This document shows positions 9,401 through 19,091 of a stretch of DNA of 58,927 bases, piece after piece; position 1 is the stretch's first letter, and every line of letters begins with the position of its first letter. Below the pieces are notes generated by a model. That model searched no databases. It was not told the origin of the DNA and was given only the letters and a program-made list of their open reading frames with translations. The translations under genes were made by a program, and so were the position numbers. The stretch is from Candidatus Neochristensenella gallicola (GTDB lineage: Bacteria > Bacillota > Clostridia > Christensenellales > QALW01), in NCBI GenBank assembly GCA_904419735.1, contig CAJFSR010000002.1:1-58927 (forward strand). The letters run 5' to 3'.

Positions 9401-11398
9401 TCACTTCTTATGCCCCAAAATTACCGTTTCATAGCCGAACGGAGGGAGCATTCGGCTGCCGGCGCTGACCTGGGAGGCGGAGAAAATTTCATAGCCGTCC
9501 TGGGGCAGATAATATTCTTCCCCTTCCCCATTTCCGTTAATGGCGGTAACTATTTCATATTCGCCCGTTCTGAAAATAACTGTTGTGCCCTCTTTGGCAA
9601 TAAAGCGGTCGTCTATGCCTGCTTCATCTGCGTAATGCTCTATTATTCCGCGCCAAAGAACTTGGCCTTCCTTTAAATTGATATTGGGCATAGCCCCCAG
9701 CAGTACTATTTTCCCCTTGCCGAACTTTTTTTCGGTAATAAAGGAATAATCAGGAGTCAGGCCCCTTTTTATGCCGCCCACGCTTTCAGCCTCAACAGGC
9801 TCAAGAATGCAGCCGTGCAGAACCAGGGGAGCGGACATCTCTTTAAAGCAGCCCATTGCGCCGGTATTGCTCATGGGATAGAAATATTTTACCCTTACCC
9901 CTGCAAGCTCCTCAAGAGAGGAAAGGCAGCGGTCCGTATGAACGGTATGCTCTTTAGTACGGTAACCTGTCATTGGACCGATAATCCAAATGCCTCCGTT
10001 CTGCACAAATTCGCTTGCTTTGCAGATATATTCGTCTGAAACATAGGGCAGGAACGGGCTGATTAAAAGCTTATAGCCTTCCAGGGAAGCGTTTTCCCCT
10101 ATAAGGTCCCTGTGCAGGCCCATGCATTCCAGGCTGCCGTGCAGCTTGAGCATCATTTCAAAATATCCTTCACCCTCCAAAAGGGGCTCGGTGAAAAAGA
10201 ATAAGCGCGCCTGTTCAGAATACGTCATGGCCGCCTGGGGATGTTTGTGCCGGGTGCGCAGAAAATAGGGCTGGATGGTTTGCCGCATTTTTTCTACTCT
10301 TTTTACCTGCTCAAAGCCCAGCTCAGGTTCGCCCCAGGAGGAAATAAGGCTGCCGTGGGTTTGTTCCATTCCAGAGCGCTGCTGCCGGAAGAGCCAATAG
10401 GAAAAGCCGAAGGCGCCGCTGGCGTATGCGCCCAGCGCCTCAATCTCAAGAAAACCTTCCCTGTGCGGCCTTGTGGTCATCAATAAGTTTCCGGCGTAGC
10501 TGGGACTGGTCTCGCTGACAAAAAATTGGCCGTCCTGTTTCATGGCGCGGTAAAGGTCATAATCAAACAGCCATATATTATAGCCGTCATCCTGCGTATA
10601 GCCGTTCATTGAGGTGAAATCCAATCCTTCAAACAGAGCATGGGTATCCAGCGCGAAATTAGTATGTACGTCGTGAGTAATAGGCGCATTGCTGTATTTT
10701 CTTATCATGGCAGCCTGTTCATGGGCAAATTCGTTTACAGTTTCCCGCGAAAACTGCCTGTAATTCGTCATTAGGGAGGAATTGTGAATTACGGGAGGGT
10801 TCAGGGGCTGGACTACTTCCTCAAAGCTGTTATAGTATTCGCTCCAGATTTCAGTGCCCCAGGCCTGGTTTAAATTTTCAATAGCGCCGTATTTATCTTT
10901 GAGCCATTTGTGCCAGCGCTTGCGGCACTCACTGCATACGCATTCCCCTACCAGCGCTTTAAGCTCGTTATCCAGCTGCCAGGCTATAACGGCCGGGCTG
11001 CCGCTGAACGCCTTTGCCATAGCTTCTGTAATTTTCAGTCCGCGCTCCCGCAAATAGGGATTGTTGGTACAGACATGCTGCCGTGCGCCGTGAATGTATT
11101 TATTTCCGTATATGTCAGTTGCCAAACGCTCCGGATGATTATGAGTGAGCCATATGGGCGGCGTGGGCGTAGGAGTGCACATAATAGTATATATTCCTTC
11201 CTGATAGAGCCTGTTGGCTGTCTTAACAAAAAAGGATACGTCTATTTCGTCCGGCCTGGGCTCCATAAAGTGCCAAGCAAATTCACCCATTCTGACCAAA
11301 TTTATGCCGCATTCCTTCATATAAGCGATATCCCTTTCAATTTCCTGTTCAGGCCAAAGCTCAGGATAATATGAGACGCAATGAAATAATTTTTCCAT
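9401..11398 (-). CDS. Beta-galactosidase, glycoside hydrolase family 42
   Basis: YYPELW, VRMGEFAW, PTPTPPIWL, WQLDNE (acid/base), CxCxxC zinc motif, LNQAWGT, GMEQTHG. Confidence 0.92.
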   Translation of the reverse strand: MEKLFHCVSYYPELWPEQEIERDIAYMKECGINLVRMGEFAWHFMEPRPDEIDVSFFVKTANRLYQEGIYTIMCTPTPTPPIWLTHNHPERLATDIYGNKYIHGARQHVCTNNPYLRERGLKITEAMAKAFSGSPAVIAWQLDNELKALVGECVCSECRKRWHKWLKDKYGAIENLNQAWGTEIWSEYYNSFEEVVQPLNPPVIHNSSLMTNYRQFSRETVNEFAHEQAAMIRKYSNAPITHDVHTNFALDTHALFEGLDFTSMNGYTQDDGYNIWLFDYDLYRAMKQDGQFFVSETSPSYAGNLLMTTRPHREGFLEIEALGAYASGAFGFSYWLFRQQRSGMEQTHGSLISSWGEPELGFEQVKRVEKMRQTIQPYFLRTRHKHPQAAMTYSEQARLFFFTEPLLEGEGYFEMMLKLHGSLECMGLHRDLIGENASLEGYKLLISPFLPYVSDEYICKASEFVQNGGIWIIGPMTGYRTKEHTVHTDRCLSSLEELAGVRVKYFYPMSNTGAMGCFKEMSAPLVLHGCILEPVEAESVGGIKRGLTPDYSFITEKKFGKGKIVLLGAMPNINLKEGQVLWRGIIEHYADEAGIDDRFIAKEGTTVIFRTGEYEIVTAINGNGEGEEYYLPQDGYEIFSASQVSAGSRMLPPFGYETVILGHKK

Positions 11399-11582
11399 CT
11401 TCCTTTCCCCCTTTTATGGATTTTAATATATTTTAACCGTTTATACCCCCTGTTGGCAAGAGTAAATGCAGCCCGGACAGGTTAAATTTTATAACAATGT
11501 CTTTCTGCTTATTTTGAGATGTCTTGTTTGCCGGCATAAAAAAGCCTGGTTTCGATATAAAATTTATGTTTTTCCGTGCGGA

Positions 11583-11859
11583 TACCCTAAATTGACAAGG
11601 GCATATACGGTCAGGACGGGGCTGTTTGAGTGTCCTGCTGTGTTGCTTTTCGCTCGGTGTACGTCCGGTACACGTCCTTCAAGCGCCTTGCAGGGCAGGG
11701 AAGCGGCCGCTGTCTGACTCTTCGGCCTCCGGCAGGTTTGATTCCGGCCTTTTCAAGGAAGCGGAATGAGGCGCACTGAACGTGCACCCATTGACGGCGA
11801 CGCAGAAAACGCAGAAATCAGACCGCCGGAGGCGTGTATCCCCTTGTCAATTTAGGGTA
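11583..11859 (+). mobile_element. MITE family A copy 1 (277 bp, 19-bp terminal inverted repeats)
   Basis: taccctaaattgacaaggg...cccttgtcaatttagggta; interior is the reverse complement of copies 2-4. Confidence 0.9.
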
Positions 11860-11879
11860 AGCATTTGAGATTAAAATAA

Positions 11880-11904
11880 AAAAGGAGCGAGTTACCCGCT
11901 CCTT
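11880..11904 (-). terminator. Terminator of the coat genes
   Basis: aaggagcg-agttacc-cgctcctt with an adjacent A-tract. Confidence 0.65.
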
Positions 11905-11922
11905 GATAAAAAATTATTATGA

Positions 11923-12168
11923 TTATGCCTGTGCAAACTGCTGTTTTACCCGGTCTATCTGCTGCTGCGGCGCCTGCTGCATCTGGTACCAGCCTTTTTG
12001 GGACATCTGGCTGAAAATATCATTCTGCATTTTCAAAGTGTCGTTTAAGGCGTTGTCAAATGTACAGTGTACATCGGCGGTTTCTGATTCTATAGTTCCG
12101 TGCATATAGAGGTCGCACGCACCCTTAGTGGTAAGCAGTATATCTTCTAATAATGCTTTATCATCCAT
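11923..12168 (-). CDS. Spore coat protein, Coat F domain
   Basis: MDDKALLEDILL...ESET...F...MSQKGWY pattern. Confidence 0.8.
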   Translation of the reverse strand: MDDKALLEDILLTTKGACDLYMHGTIESETADVHCTFDNALNDTLKMQNDIFSQMSQKGWYQMQQAPQQQIDRVKQQFAQA

Positions 12169-12232
12169 GTTTTTTTAATTTCCTTTCGTATGCGCTTTTT
12201 TGCTTTTTCTCTGCTCTTATTGTCAATAGGGA

Positions 12233-12406
12233 TTAAAGCAGCTGAAGCAGCCTGTCATAATGCTGCTGGTGCTTTTTGGAAAGCTGTTCTACAAAGGCTT
12301 TGAGCTGAGGGTCTTTTAACTGCGATGCATAAGTGCAGCATTTTTGCTGCATGTGCTGTTCGTGGCTTAAGGCATCTTGAATGTAAAGTAATTCTTTGGG
12401 GGTCAT
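12233..12406 (-). CDS. Small spore coat-associated protein
   Basis: MTPKELLYIQDALSHE...DPQLK...HQQHYDRLL; RBS aaaggaag; typical partner of Coat F genes. Confidence 0.75.
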   Translation of the reverse strand: MTPKELLYIQDALSHEQHMQQKCCTYASQLKDPQLKAFVEQLSKKHQQHYDRLLQLL

Positions 12407-12446
12407 AATTAAAAAACTTCCTTTCTTTTTAAAAAGAATTATAGTC

Positions 12447-12688
12447 TTAGTGTACAAGAGATAATTCGTCTCAACCGGAAATCTGCTTGTTTTCGGTTTT
12501 ATCCTAAATCAGTGTACGTTTTCGTATGCCCCCTCGTCTGCTTTGAAAATATACAAATTTCCAAAGACGCATTGCCAACAAGAAGCCCTGCAAGGTACTT
12601 AAACGGCATGTGCTGGGGACAAGTGAAACGTTACACAAACGGGGTGCAAATTCAGTTGTATTGAGCCGCATTATACTTTGTACGCTAA
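12447..12688. mobile_element. MITE-like element family B copy 1
   Basis: 22-bp imperfect TIRs (17/22): ttagtgtacaagagataattcg / cgcattatactttgtacgctaa; interior aligns by eye with 16242-16511 in the opposite orientation. Confidence 0.65.
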
Positions 12689-12691
12689 CGA

Positions 12692-12720
12692 TAGTATTTC
12701 TCTAAATAAAATAAATATGC
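12692..12720 (-). promoter_or_regulatory. Sigma-G-type forespore promoter for the coat genes
   Basis: Minus strand GCATA, 17-nt spacer, AATACTA (consensus GNATA-17/18-CATACTA). Confidence 0.55.
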
Positions 12721-12724
12721 ATTT

Positions 12725-13495
12725 TTAGAACAGCTTGCGCATGCGCTCCAGCGCGCTTTTTTCCAATCTGCTCACCTGGGCCTGAGATATGCCTATATCC
12801 TGGGCTATTTCCATCTGTGTGCGGCCCTGAAAGTATCTTAAATATAAAATATTCTGCTCGCGTTTGCCCAATTTGCTTAAGGCATCCTTAAGCGCCAGGC
12901 TTTCTATCCATTTTCCGTCGGTGTTTTTTTCGTCCCCCATCTGGTCCACAACATATATGGCATCCGCTCCGTCGTGATAGACCGGCTCAAATATGGATAG
13001 GGGCTCCTGGATTGCGTCCAGCGCGGTAACTACGTCCTCGCGCGGCATTCCCAGCTCCTGCGCGATTTCTTCTATAGTAGGCTCGGTGTTTTTCTGATTA
13101 GAGAGCTTTTCCCTTGCCTGGAGGGCTTTATAGGCAGTATCCCTTAAGGAGCGGCTTACCCGTATCTGATTATTGTCACGCAGATATCGGCGTATCTCCC
13201 CTATTATCATAGGCACCGCGTAAGTGGAGAATTTGACCTCCTGAGTTACGTCAAAATGGTCTATGGCCTTTATAAGCCCTATACAGCCTACCTGAAATAA
13301 ATCGTCCGCGTTTTCCCCGCGGTGCGCGAATCGCTGTACTACGCTTAAAACCAGGCGCAGATTGCCGCCTATAAATTCTTCACGCGCTCCGGCGCGGCCC
13401 TGCTTAATTTCATTAAACAGCTCCTGCATACGCTGTGATGATAATACCGGGAGCTTGGACGTGTCTATTCCACAAATCTCAACTTTGCCGGCCAA
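12725..13495 (-). CDS. sigG: RNA polymerase sporulation sigma factor SigG
   Basis: KVEICGIDTSKLPVL, GNLRLVLSVVQRF, DDLFQVGCIGL, ISQAQVSRLEK; likely TTG start after RBS aaggagga. Confidence 0.95.
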   Translation of the reverse strand: MAGKVEICGIDTSKLPVLSSQRMQELFNEIKQGRAGAREEFIGGNLRLVLSVVQRFAHRGENADDLFQVGCIGLIKAIDHFDVTQEVKFSTYAVPMIIGEIRRYLRDNNQIRVSRSLRDTAYKALQAREKLSNQKNTEPTIEEIAQELGMPREDVVTALDAIQEPLSIFEPVYHDGADAIYVVDQMGDEKNTDGKWIESLALKDALSKLGKREQNILYLRYFQGRTQMEIAQDIGISQAQVSRLEKSALERMRKLF

Positions 13496-13657
13496 TGACA
13501 GCTCCTCCTTTTCGTTTCCTTCAAAGGGTATTGTTGCCATTGACCGGTATGCTTATACCGCGTTTTTTTGCTTTAATTGTTTAATGCACCCGATTGGAGA
13601 ATGCAAACGGGACATAATGCGGCGCGGGGAATTATTGTCTTATTGCTATAAGTTCTT

Positions 13658-13933
13658 TACCCTAAATTGACAAGGGGATGCACGCCCCCAGCGGCCTGAT
13701 TCCGGCATTTCCTGCGTCATCGCCAATGGGTGTGCGTTCAGTACGCCTCGTTCCGCTTCCTTGAAAATGCCGGAATCAGACCGCTGGGGGTCGAAGAGTC
13801 AGGCAGCGGATGTTTGAGTAACCTGCAAGGCGCTTGAATGACGTGTACTGGACGTACACGGAGGGAAAAACAACACAGCAGGACGCTCAAACAGCCCTGT
13901 CCTGACCGTATATGCCCTTGTCAATTTAGGGTA
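13658..13933 (-). mobile_element. MITE family A copy 2 (276 bp), between sigE and sigG
   Basis: Same 19-bp TIRs and a homologous interior. Confidence 0.9.
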
Positions 13934-14136
13934 AAGTATTTAAGCATTACTGCGCGCCGCCGTTTTGCAAAGTTATAAAACCTCCTTATTTGGCCTCATG
14001 AGATTCTGGCGCCGAATGCCCGCAGAACGGCCGCAGGGCGGGCGCATGAAAAAAGATCCGGGGCTTTTAGAGCCGCGCAGCCAGGCAGACGCAGCATATA
14101 TTCTGGGTAAAGCGCATTGTGCTCTAATTATATGGT

Positions 14137-14862
14137 TTAAACCAGCCTGCCTATTTCCTTTCTCAGTCTTTTAATTATCCTTTTTTCCAGACGGGAGATA
14201 TAGGATTGGGAAATGCCCAATCTGTCTGCTACTTCTTTTTGGGTCTGCTCTATATTTCCCTCCAGGCCGAACCTGAGCTGCATAATTTCTCTTTCCCGCT
14301 CGTTTAATTTTGACAGGGCGCTTCTGAGCAGTTCTTTTTCGGTTTCAGCCTCAATGTTTTTATTAACTATATCGGGTTCGGTTCCCAGAATATCCGAAAG
14401 CAGCAGTTCGTTGCCGTCCCAGTCCACATTCAGCGGTTCGTCTATGGAAACCTCCATCTTATGCTTGCTTGTGCGCCTTAAAAACATGAGTATTTCATTT
14501 TCTATGCAGCGGGAGGCATAGGTGGCCAGTTTTATCTTTTTAGATGCGTCGAAGGTGTTTACAGCTTTTATGAGGCCTATAGTGCCTATGGAAATCAGGT
14601 CCTCAACTGTTACTCCGGTATTTTCAAATTTTTTGGCTATATATACTACCAGCCGCAGATTATGCTCTATAAGAGCGGAACGTGCGCTGGCTTCGCCCCG
14701 CCCAAGCGCCTGAATGCATTCGGCTTCCTCCTGGGCGCTAAGCGGCGGAGGCAGGGATTCGCTTCCGCCGATATAAAATACGTCGCGCTTTTTCCTGCCG
14801 GATAAAAATGATTTAAGCCTATTATAGATACCCTGTAAGAATGTCCAAAATGATTTTTTCAA
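14137..14862 (-). CDS. sigE: RNA polymerase sporulation sigma factor SigE (pro-sigma E)
   Basis: [55 protein letters not shown]. Confidence 0.97.
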   Translation of the reverse strand: MKKSFWTFLQGIYNRLKSFLSGRKKRDVFYIGGSESLPPPLSAQEEAECIQALGRGEASARSALIEHNLRLVVYIAKKFENTGVTVEDLISIGTIGLIKAVNTFDASKKIKLATYASRCIENEILMFLRRTSKHKMEVSIDEPLNVDWDGNELLLSDILGTEPDIVNKNIEAETEKELLRSALSKLNEREREIMQLRFGLEGNIEQTQKEVADRLGISQSYISRLEKRIIKRLRKEIGRLV

Positions 14863-15716
14863 ATTTCTACCTCCTTGAGCATATCCGGATTTATTATCGC
14901 TTCATATTCTCCGCAGAAGCTTTGGTTTCTTGAAAAAGCTAAAATACAGCGGGAATTATACGCCTTTCCGTCTTTAATTATCTGGGCGTCCTGGGGGCGG
15001 ATGCCGTAAAGCACGCCTTCATCCCCTACGCTTTTATAGCCTATTATATGTATTCCCGGCAGCTGTGCGGGTATTTCGCCGTTCAGCAGTCTGATAAAAT
15101 CATTGTCCATAATCTGTTTTGCGGCTTCCTGGCTGGCTATTGCGACAGGCGCGCCTGAGAGATTGTCTTTAAGGCAGTTGCCGCTGTCAATAAAGGCATG
15201 CAGTCTGACGGTTCTGCCGTTAATTGTAACGATAAATTCCGCTTCCCCGCTTATGCTTCTTTTTCGCTTTTTAATAAGGCTGTTAATGCCTGAAACGCTT
15301 AAAGCGGCTGCTGACAATCCGAAAAGCACGCCCCTTGCTTTAAAGCCTGAAGTGAAGAAGCCGCCGGGAACCGCAAGCATATCTGCATTTAATAGGTAAG
15401 ACAGGCCAAAGGCCGCTCCGCCCGCAAGCAATGTGAGGCCTATAAAAACCAGGGCGGCCGCTGCAAACCCCTTTTGGGTTTTAGAAGCGAAGGCGGCGGC
15501 AGCCATGACACAGGGCAGCGCCAGTTTAAGCGGCAAAAAGCTGAGGAACCCGATAATAGGCATCAGGCAGGCGTAAAGAGCGCCTAAAATTGCGGCAAGG
15601 AAAAGCCTGAAAATGCTTTGCCGGCGCCCGGTAAGCGTGCGGGCGCAGAACAGCAGGGAAAAATCCATAAGCAGATTATCAAACAGCACCTGTTCAATAT
15701 AAACGTGAATCTGCAT
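14859..15716 (-). CDS. spoIIGA: Sigma-E processing peptidase
   Basis: N-terminal multi-TM domain, FIDSGN aspartyl motif, 4-nt overlap with sigE. Confidence 0.92.
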   Translation of the reverse strand: MQIHVYIEQVLFDNLLMDFSLLFCARTLTGRRQSIFRLFLAAILGALYACLMPIIGFLSFLPLKLALPCVMAAAAFASKTQKGFAAAALVFIGLTLLAGGAAFGLSYLLNADMLAVPGGFFTSGFKARGVLFGLSAAALSVSGINSLIKKRKRSISGEAEFIVTINGRTVRLHAFIDSGNCLKDNLSGAPVAIASQEAAKQIMDNDFIRLLNGEIPAQLPGIHIIGYKSVGDEGVLYGIRPQDAQIIKDGKAYNSRCILAFSRNQSFCGEYEAIINPDMLKEVEI

Positions 15717-15835
15717 TCCCCTTCACCGCCTCGGCTTTAATTATATCCTGTCCCGATGGCAGAATATTGTTGCGACGTATACTCTTTGGCAAGAACAAAA
15801 TATATAATTTTGGCGTGTTGTGGCAATAAAAAAGC

Positions 15836-15868
15836 AAAGGCGCGCTGCCGCGGCGGCAGCGCGCCTTT
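15836..15868. terminator. GC-rich bidirectional terminator-like hairpin
   Basis: aaaggcgcgctgccg-cgg-cggcagcgcgccttt. Confidence 0.7.
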
Positions 15869-15884
15869 TTAAATTTTAAATAAG

Positions 15885-15920
15885 CGGGATATATCAGTAT
15901 AACGGGATATATCAGTATAA
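15885..15920. repeat. Perfect 18-bp tandem duplication
   Basis: cgggatatatcagtataa x2. Confidence 0.9.
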
Positions 15921-16054
15921 GGCTTTGGGCGCATATCGAAAGTTAGTCTCAAAATAACGGATTTGCCTCCCTGCCCTGTTTCTTTTATTCAATGTACAGC
16001 CCGGTACATGCCGTCCGGGAGGCCTGCAGGGCGTAAATCAGCCCTACGGTCACA

Positions 16055-16157
16055 GCCTTCGGAGGTTCATTTGTTTTCAGGCAAAGAAAGATTTTCCCTG
16101 AGCGCCCGTATTTCATCCGCGCCCTCGGAGGTTTATTTATTTTCAGGCGAAGAAAGA
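16055..16157. repeat. 37-bp imperfect direct repeat pair (period 66)
   Basis: gccttcggaggttcatttgttttcaggcaaagaaaga vs gccctcggaggtttatttattttcaggcgaagaaaga (4 mismatches). Confidence 0.75.
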
Positions 16158-16241
16158 ATGGTATACATTATGTGTGGCTGAAGATAACGCAGAATACATG
16201 CAAGCTTATAAGGCAGACCTTATACATTGTTGCATATAGCG

Positions 16242-16511
16242 CTGGTTTGCAAGGTATAATGCGGCCCAAAAAGCTGAATTTATGTCCCCGCCGAGTTGCT
16301 TTCGCTCTATGTGCGCCCGGCGCATGTCACGTCTATGCCTTACAGGAGTGCAAATTAAATCATTTTTAACTCCGACTATTTCCGTCAGCGGCAATTTGCC
16401 TATTTGCAAGGCGGGCAAAGAAGGTGCGGAGGTGAGTGCGATGACCGCGAGTGCAACGCAGAAAACCGGCAAATTACCGATGGTTGAAGCGCATTATACT
16501 TTGTACACTAA
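16242..16511. mobile_element. MITE-like element family B copy 2
   Basis: Ends ctggtttgcaaggtataatgcg / cgcattatactttgtacactaa; 16491-16512 matches 12668-12689 at 21/22. Confidence 0.65.
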
Positions 16512-16573
16512 CCCTAATGCTATATATTATTAATCCGAATAATATTAGTTAAAATCGGGTTATAAAAGTGGTT

Positions 16574-18403
16574 TTAGTCCTTTAATTCAGATATAACCCT
16601 TGCGGCAATATCTTCAGCAGTAAGGCAGAACATCTCGCGCTGCTGATTTATGGAAGCGTGCGGCACTATTGCGTCTGAAAGATTCATGCCGATTACCCTA
16701 ACATCCTTTTTTTCAGATTCCATATATCCGCTTACCCCTTCAAACAGTCCGCCCGGACATACATTATCCTCAATGATAAATAAAAGGCTGTGAGCCTGGC
16801 GCTCAGCAAGGAATTGAGTGTCTATGGGCTTTATAAAGCAGGCGTCTGCTACGTCCGCCTCTATTCCCTGCGCCTCCAAAAGCTCGGACGCTTTAAGCGC
16901 CTGATTCAGCATGGCCCCAAAGGCCAGCAGGATAATGCGTCCGCCTGATTTTCGCACAGTCTGCCATTTATACGGCATTAACGGCTGGCCGGAAGCTATT
17001 TTAAGAGAGCAGCCTTTGGGATAGCGTATTACACAAGGGGCGCTGCTTTTAAGAGCGAGCTCCATCATGTATTTAAGCGTTGGGATATCTCTCGGAGCCA
17101 TTATAGTAAGGCTGGGCATACTCCTGAGGAAACCCAGGTCGTATATGCCCTGATGCGCTTCCCCGTCTTCGCCGGTCAGTCCCGAACGGTCCTCTAAAAT
17201 AATGACGGGCAGGTTCTGGAGGCATATGTCATGGAACAGCTGGTCAAGCCCTCTTTGCAGAAAAGTAGAATAAACAGCTACAAAGGGACGCATGCCCCCT
17301 GCGGCAAGCCCTGCGCCCAGAGCCAGAGCGTGCTGCTCGCATATTCCCACATCGTAAAAGCGGGAGGGATAGAGAGCGGCGAAATGCTGGAGGCCGGTTC
17401 CCAGAGGCATGCCTGCGGTAACAGCGCAGATTTTGTCATTTTGCCGCGCAAGGCGGATAAGCTCTTCTCCCATTGCCAGTGAAAAGCTTTCTGATTTTTC
17501 TGCGCATCCGCCGCTGGGGGATACTCCGTGATATTTTTCCGGATTATTTTCCGCCGGCGGATAGCCTTTCCCTTTTTTAGTGGCTACATGCACCAGCACC
17601 GGTCCGTCCTCCTGCTTGGTACGCTCCAGAATTTTGATAAGCGCCGGTATATCATTGCCGTTTATGGGGCCGAGATATTTTATGCCCAGGCGTTCAAACA
17701 GCGTGTCCCCCATAATCATATATCTGATTGAATTTTTAATGCGTTCAAGCAGCTTATACAGAGGCTTGCCTATAAGAGGAACGGAGTTCAGGAACCTGGT
17801 CAGGCCCTTTTTAAAATCTGCGTAGGGCCGGGTGGTGCGCAGCATAGTAAGATGCTCTGAAAGCGCTCCGACATTCTGCGCAATGGACATATCATTTTGA
17901 TTGAGCACTATTATAAGCCGGCTTTTTTTATAGCCCAAATCATTTATGGCCTCAAGAGCCATGCCCCCGCCCAGCGCGCCGTCTCCTATAACGGCGACAA
18001 CGTTGTAGTTTTCCCCCTTAAGGTCGCGCGCTCTGGCCAGCCCCAGCGCGGCTGAAATACTGGCCGAACTGTGCCCGGTGGTAAAAAGGTCGTGTTCACT
18101 TTCCAGGCGGTTGGAAAATCCGCTTAAACCGTCTTTAGTGCGGATGCTTTCAAAGCTTTGCGCGCGTCCGGTAAGTATTTTATGTATATACGTTTGATGA
18201 CCTACGTCAAATACTATTTTGTCCCTTGGGCTGTCAAAAACGTAGTGCAAAGCCAGGGTAAGCTCTACTACGCCCAGATTGGACGCCAGATGTCCGCCGT
18301 TTTTTAGGGTTACATTTATAAGCTCCTCACGGATCCGGGCGCTTAGCTGGTACATTTCAGCCGGAGTCATGCGCTTAAGCTTATTAATATCTATATCAAT
18401 CAT
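16574..18403 (-). CDS. dxs: 1-deoxy-D-xylulose-5-phosphate synthase
   Basis: GGHLASNLGVVELT, DVGHQ, GHSS, GDGA...N thiamine-diphosphate motif, YSTFLQR, IRYPKG. Confidence 0.97.
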   Translation of the reverse strand: MIDIDINKLKRMTPAEMYQLSARIREELINVTLKNGGHLASNLGVVELTLALHYVFDSPRDKIVFDVGHQTYIHKILTGRAQSFESIRTKDGLSGFSNRLESEHDLFTTGHSSASISAALGLARARDLKGENYNVVAVIGDGALGGGMALEAINDLGYKKSRLIIVLNQNDMSIAQNVGALSEHLTMLRTTRPYADFKKGLTRFLNSVPLIGKPLYKLLERIKNSIRYMIMGDTLFERLGIKYLGPINGNDIPALIKILERTKQEDGPVLVHVATKKGKGYPPAENNPEKYHGVSPSGGCAEKSESFSLAMGEELIRLARQNDKICAVTAGMPLGTGLQHFAALYPSRFYDVGICEQHALALGAGLAAGGMRPFVAVYSTFLQRGLDQLFHDICLQNLPVIILEDRSGLTGEDGEAHQGIYDLGFLRSMPSLTIMAPRDIPTLKYMMELALKSSAPCVIRYPKGCSLKIASGQPLMPYKWQTVRKSGGRIILLAFGAMLNQALKASELLEAQGIEADVADACFIKPIDTQFLAERQAHSLLFIIEDNVCPGGLFEGVSGYMESEKKDVRVIGMNLSDAIVPHASINQQREMFCLTAEDIAARVISELKD

Positions 18404-18989
18404 TTGCTTTATCCTTCTTTTTAAACAGGGACAGAAAAACTCCTACAAGCAGAAGTATATCCTTGCTTTTATTCAGAGCTATGGTTTTGCCGAAGGCTTT
18501 TCCGCCTATAGTCAAACAGGCCACCACTGCGCTGAAAAATATAGTAAAAATCATTTCTAGCCATGAGCTGGATATATTGCGGGCAATAACTACGTTATAG
18601 ATAATGGCTGAAGTTGCGGCGCCCGAAACAATTCCGCATATATCTCCTACTATATCGTTGCATATGCTGCAGACTTTGTCGGTGTTTTTTATAAGCCCCA
18701 GCACTTCTTTGGCTCCTCTTACCCTGCGGCTGGACATGGCTACAAAGGGCGCCTGTTCGGCTGAGGCCATAGCGGTGCCTATCATATCAAAAGCTATGCT
18801 TATAATTACCAGCAGCAGAACTATACAGGCGGAAATATATACAGAAGCAGAGCCGACAACCAGTTCAGAAAACAGCGAAAAGGCTATAGTCATGAAAAAT
18901 GAGATAACGGTTGCTTTAATGGCCCAATTAATGCCTGGCTTTGGTTTTTGTGATTTTTTGTTATTATCAGTATTTTTCAATAAAAACAC
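18396..18989 (-). CDS. oapA: OLE-associated membrane protein A
   Basis: Four TM segments; FDMIGTA...PFVAMSSRRVRGAKE...CNDIVGDICGIVSGA with the DxxxD motif; lies between the OLE RNA and dxs. Confidence 0.88.
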   Translation of the reverse strand: MFLLKNTDNNKKSQKPKPGINWAIKATVISFFMTIAFSLFSELVVGSASVYISACIVLLLVIISIAFDMIGTAMASAEQAPFVAMSSRRVRGAKEVLGLIKNTDKVCSICNDIVGDICGIVSGAATSAIIYNVVIARNISSSWLEMIFTIFFSAVVACLTIGGKAFGKTIALNKSKDILLLVGVFLSLFKKKDKAND

Positions 18990-19091
18990 TCCAATTTAAT
19001 CCCTGCCCGGTTTCCTTTGTTGTTTTATAGGTTTTGCGCAGCCATTTTAGGCGGCTGTCAGAATTAAGCGCCGGGCATGGATAAAATAAAA

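Noticed and set aside
11466-11717. Short ORFs overlapping MITE copies (also 42598-42805, 33756-34065, 16206-16533) as transposases
   Set aside because: Too short, no DDE/HUH motifs, and frames not preserved between copies
16055-16157. Mini-CRISPR (37-bp repeat, 29-nt spacer)
   Set aside because: Only two copies with 4 mismatches, no palindrome, leader or cas genes
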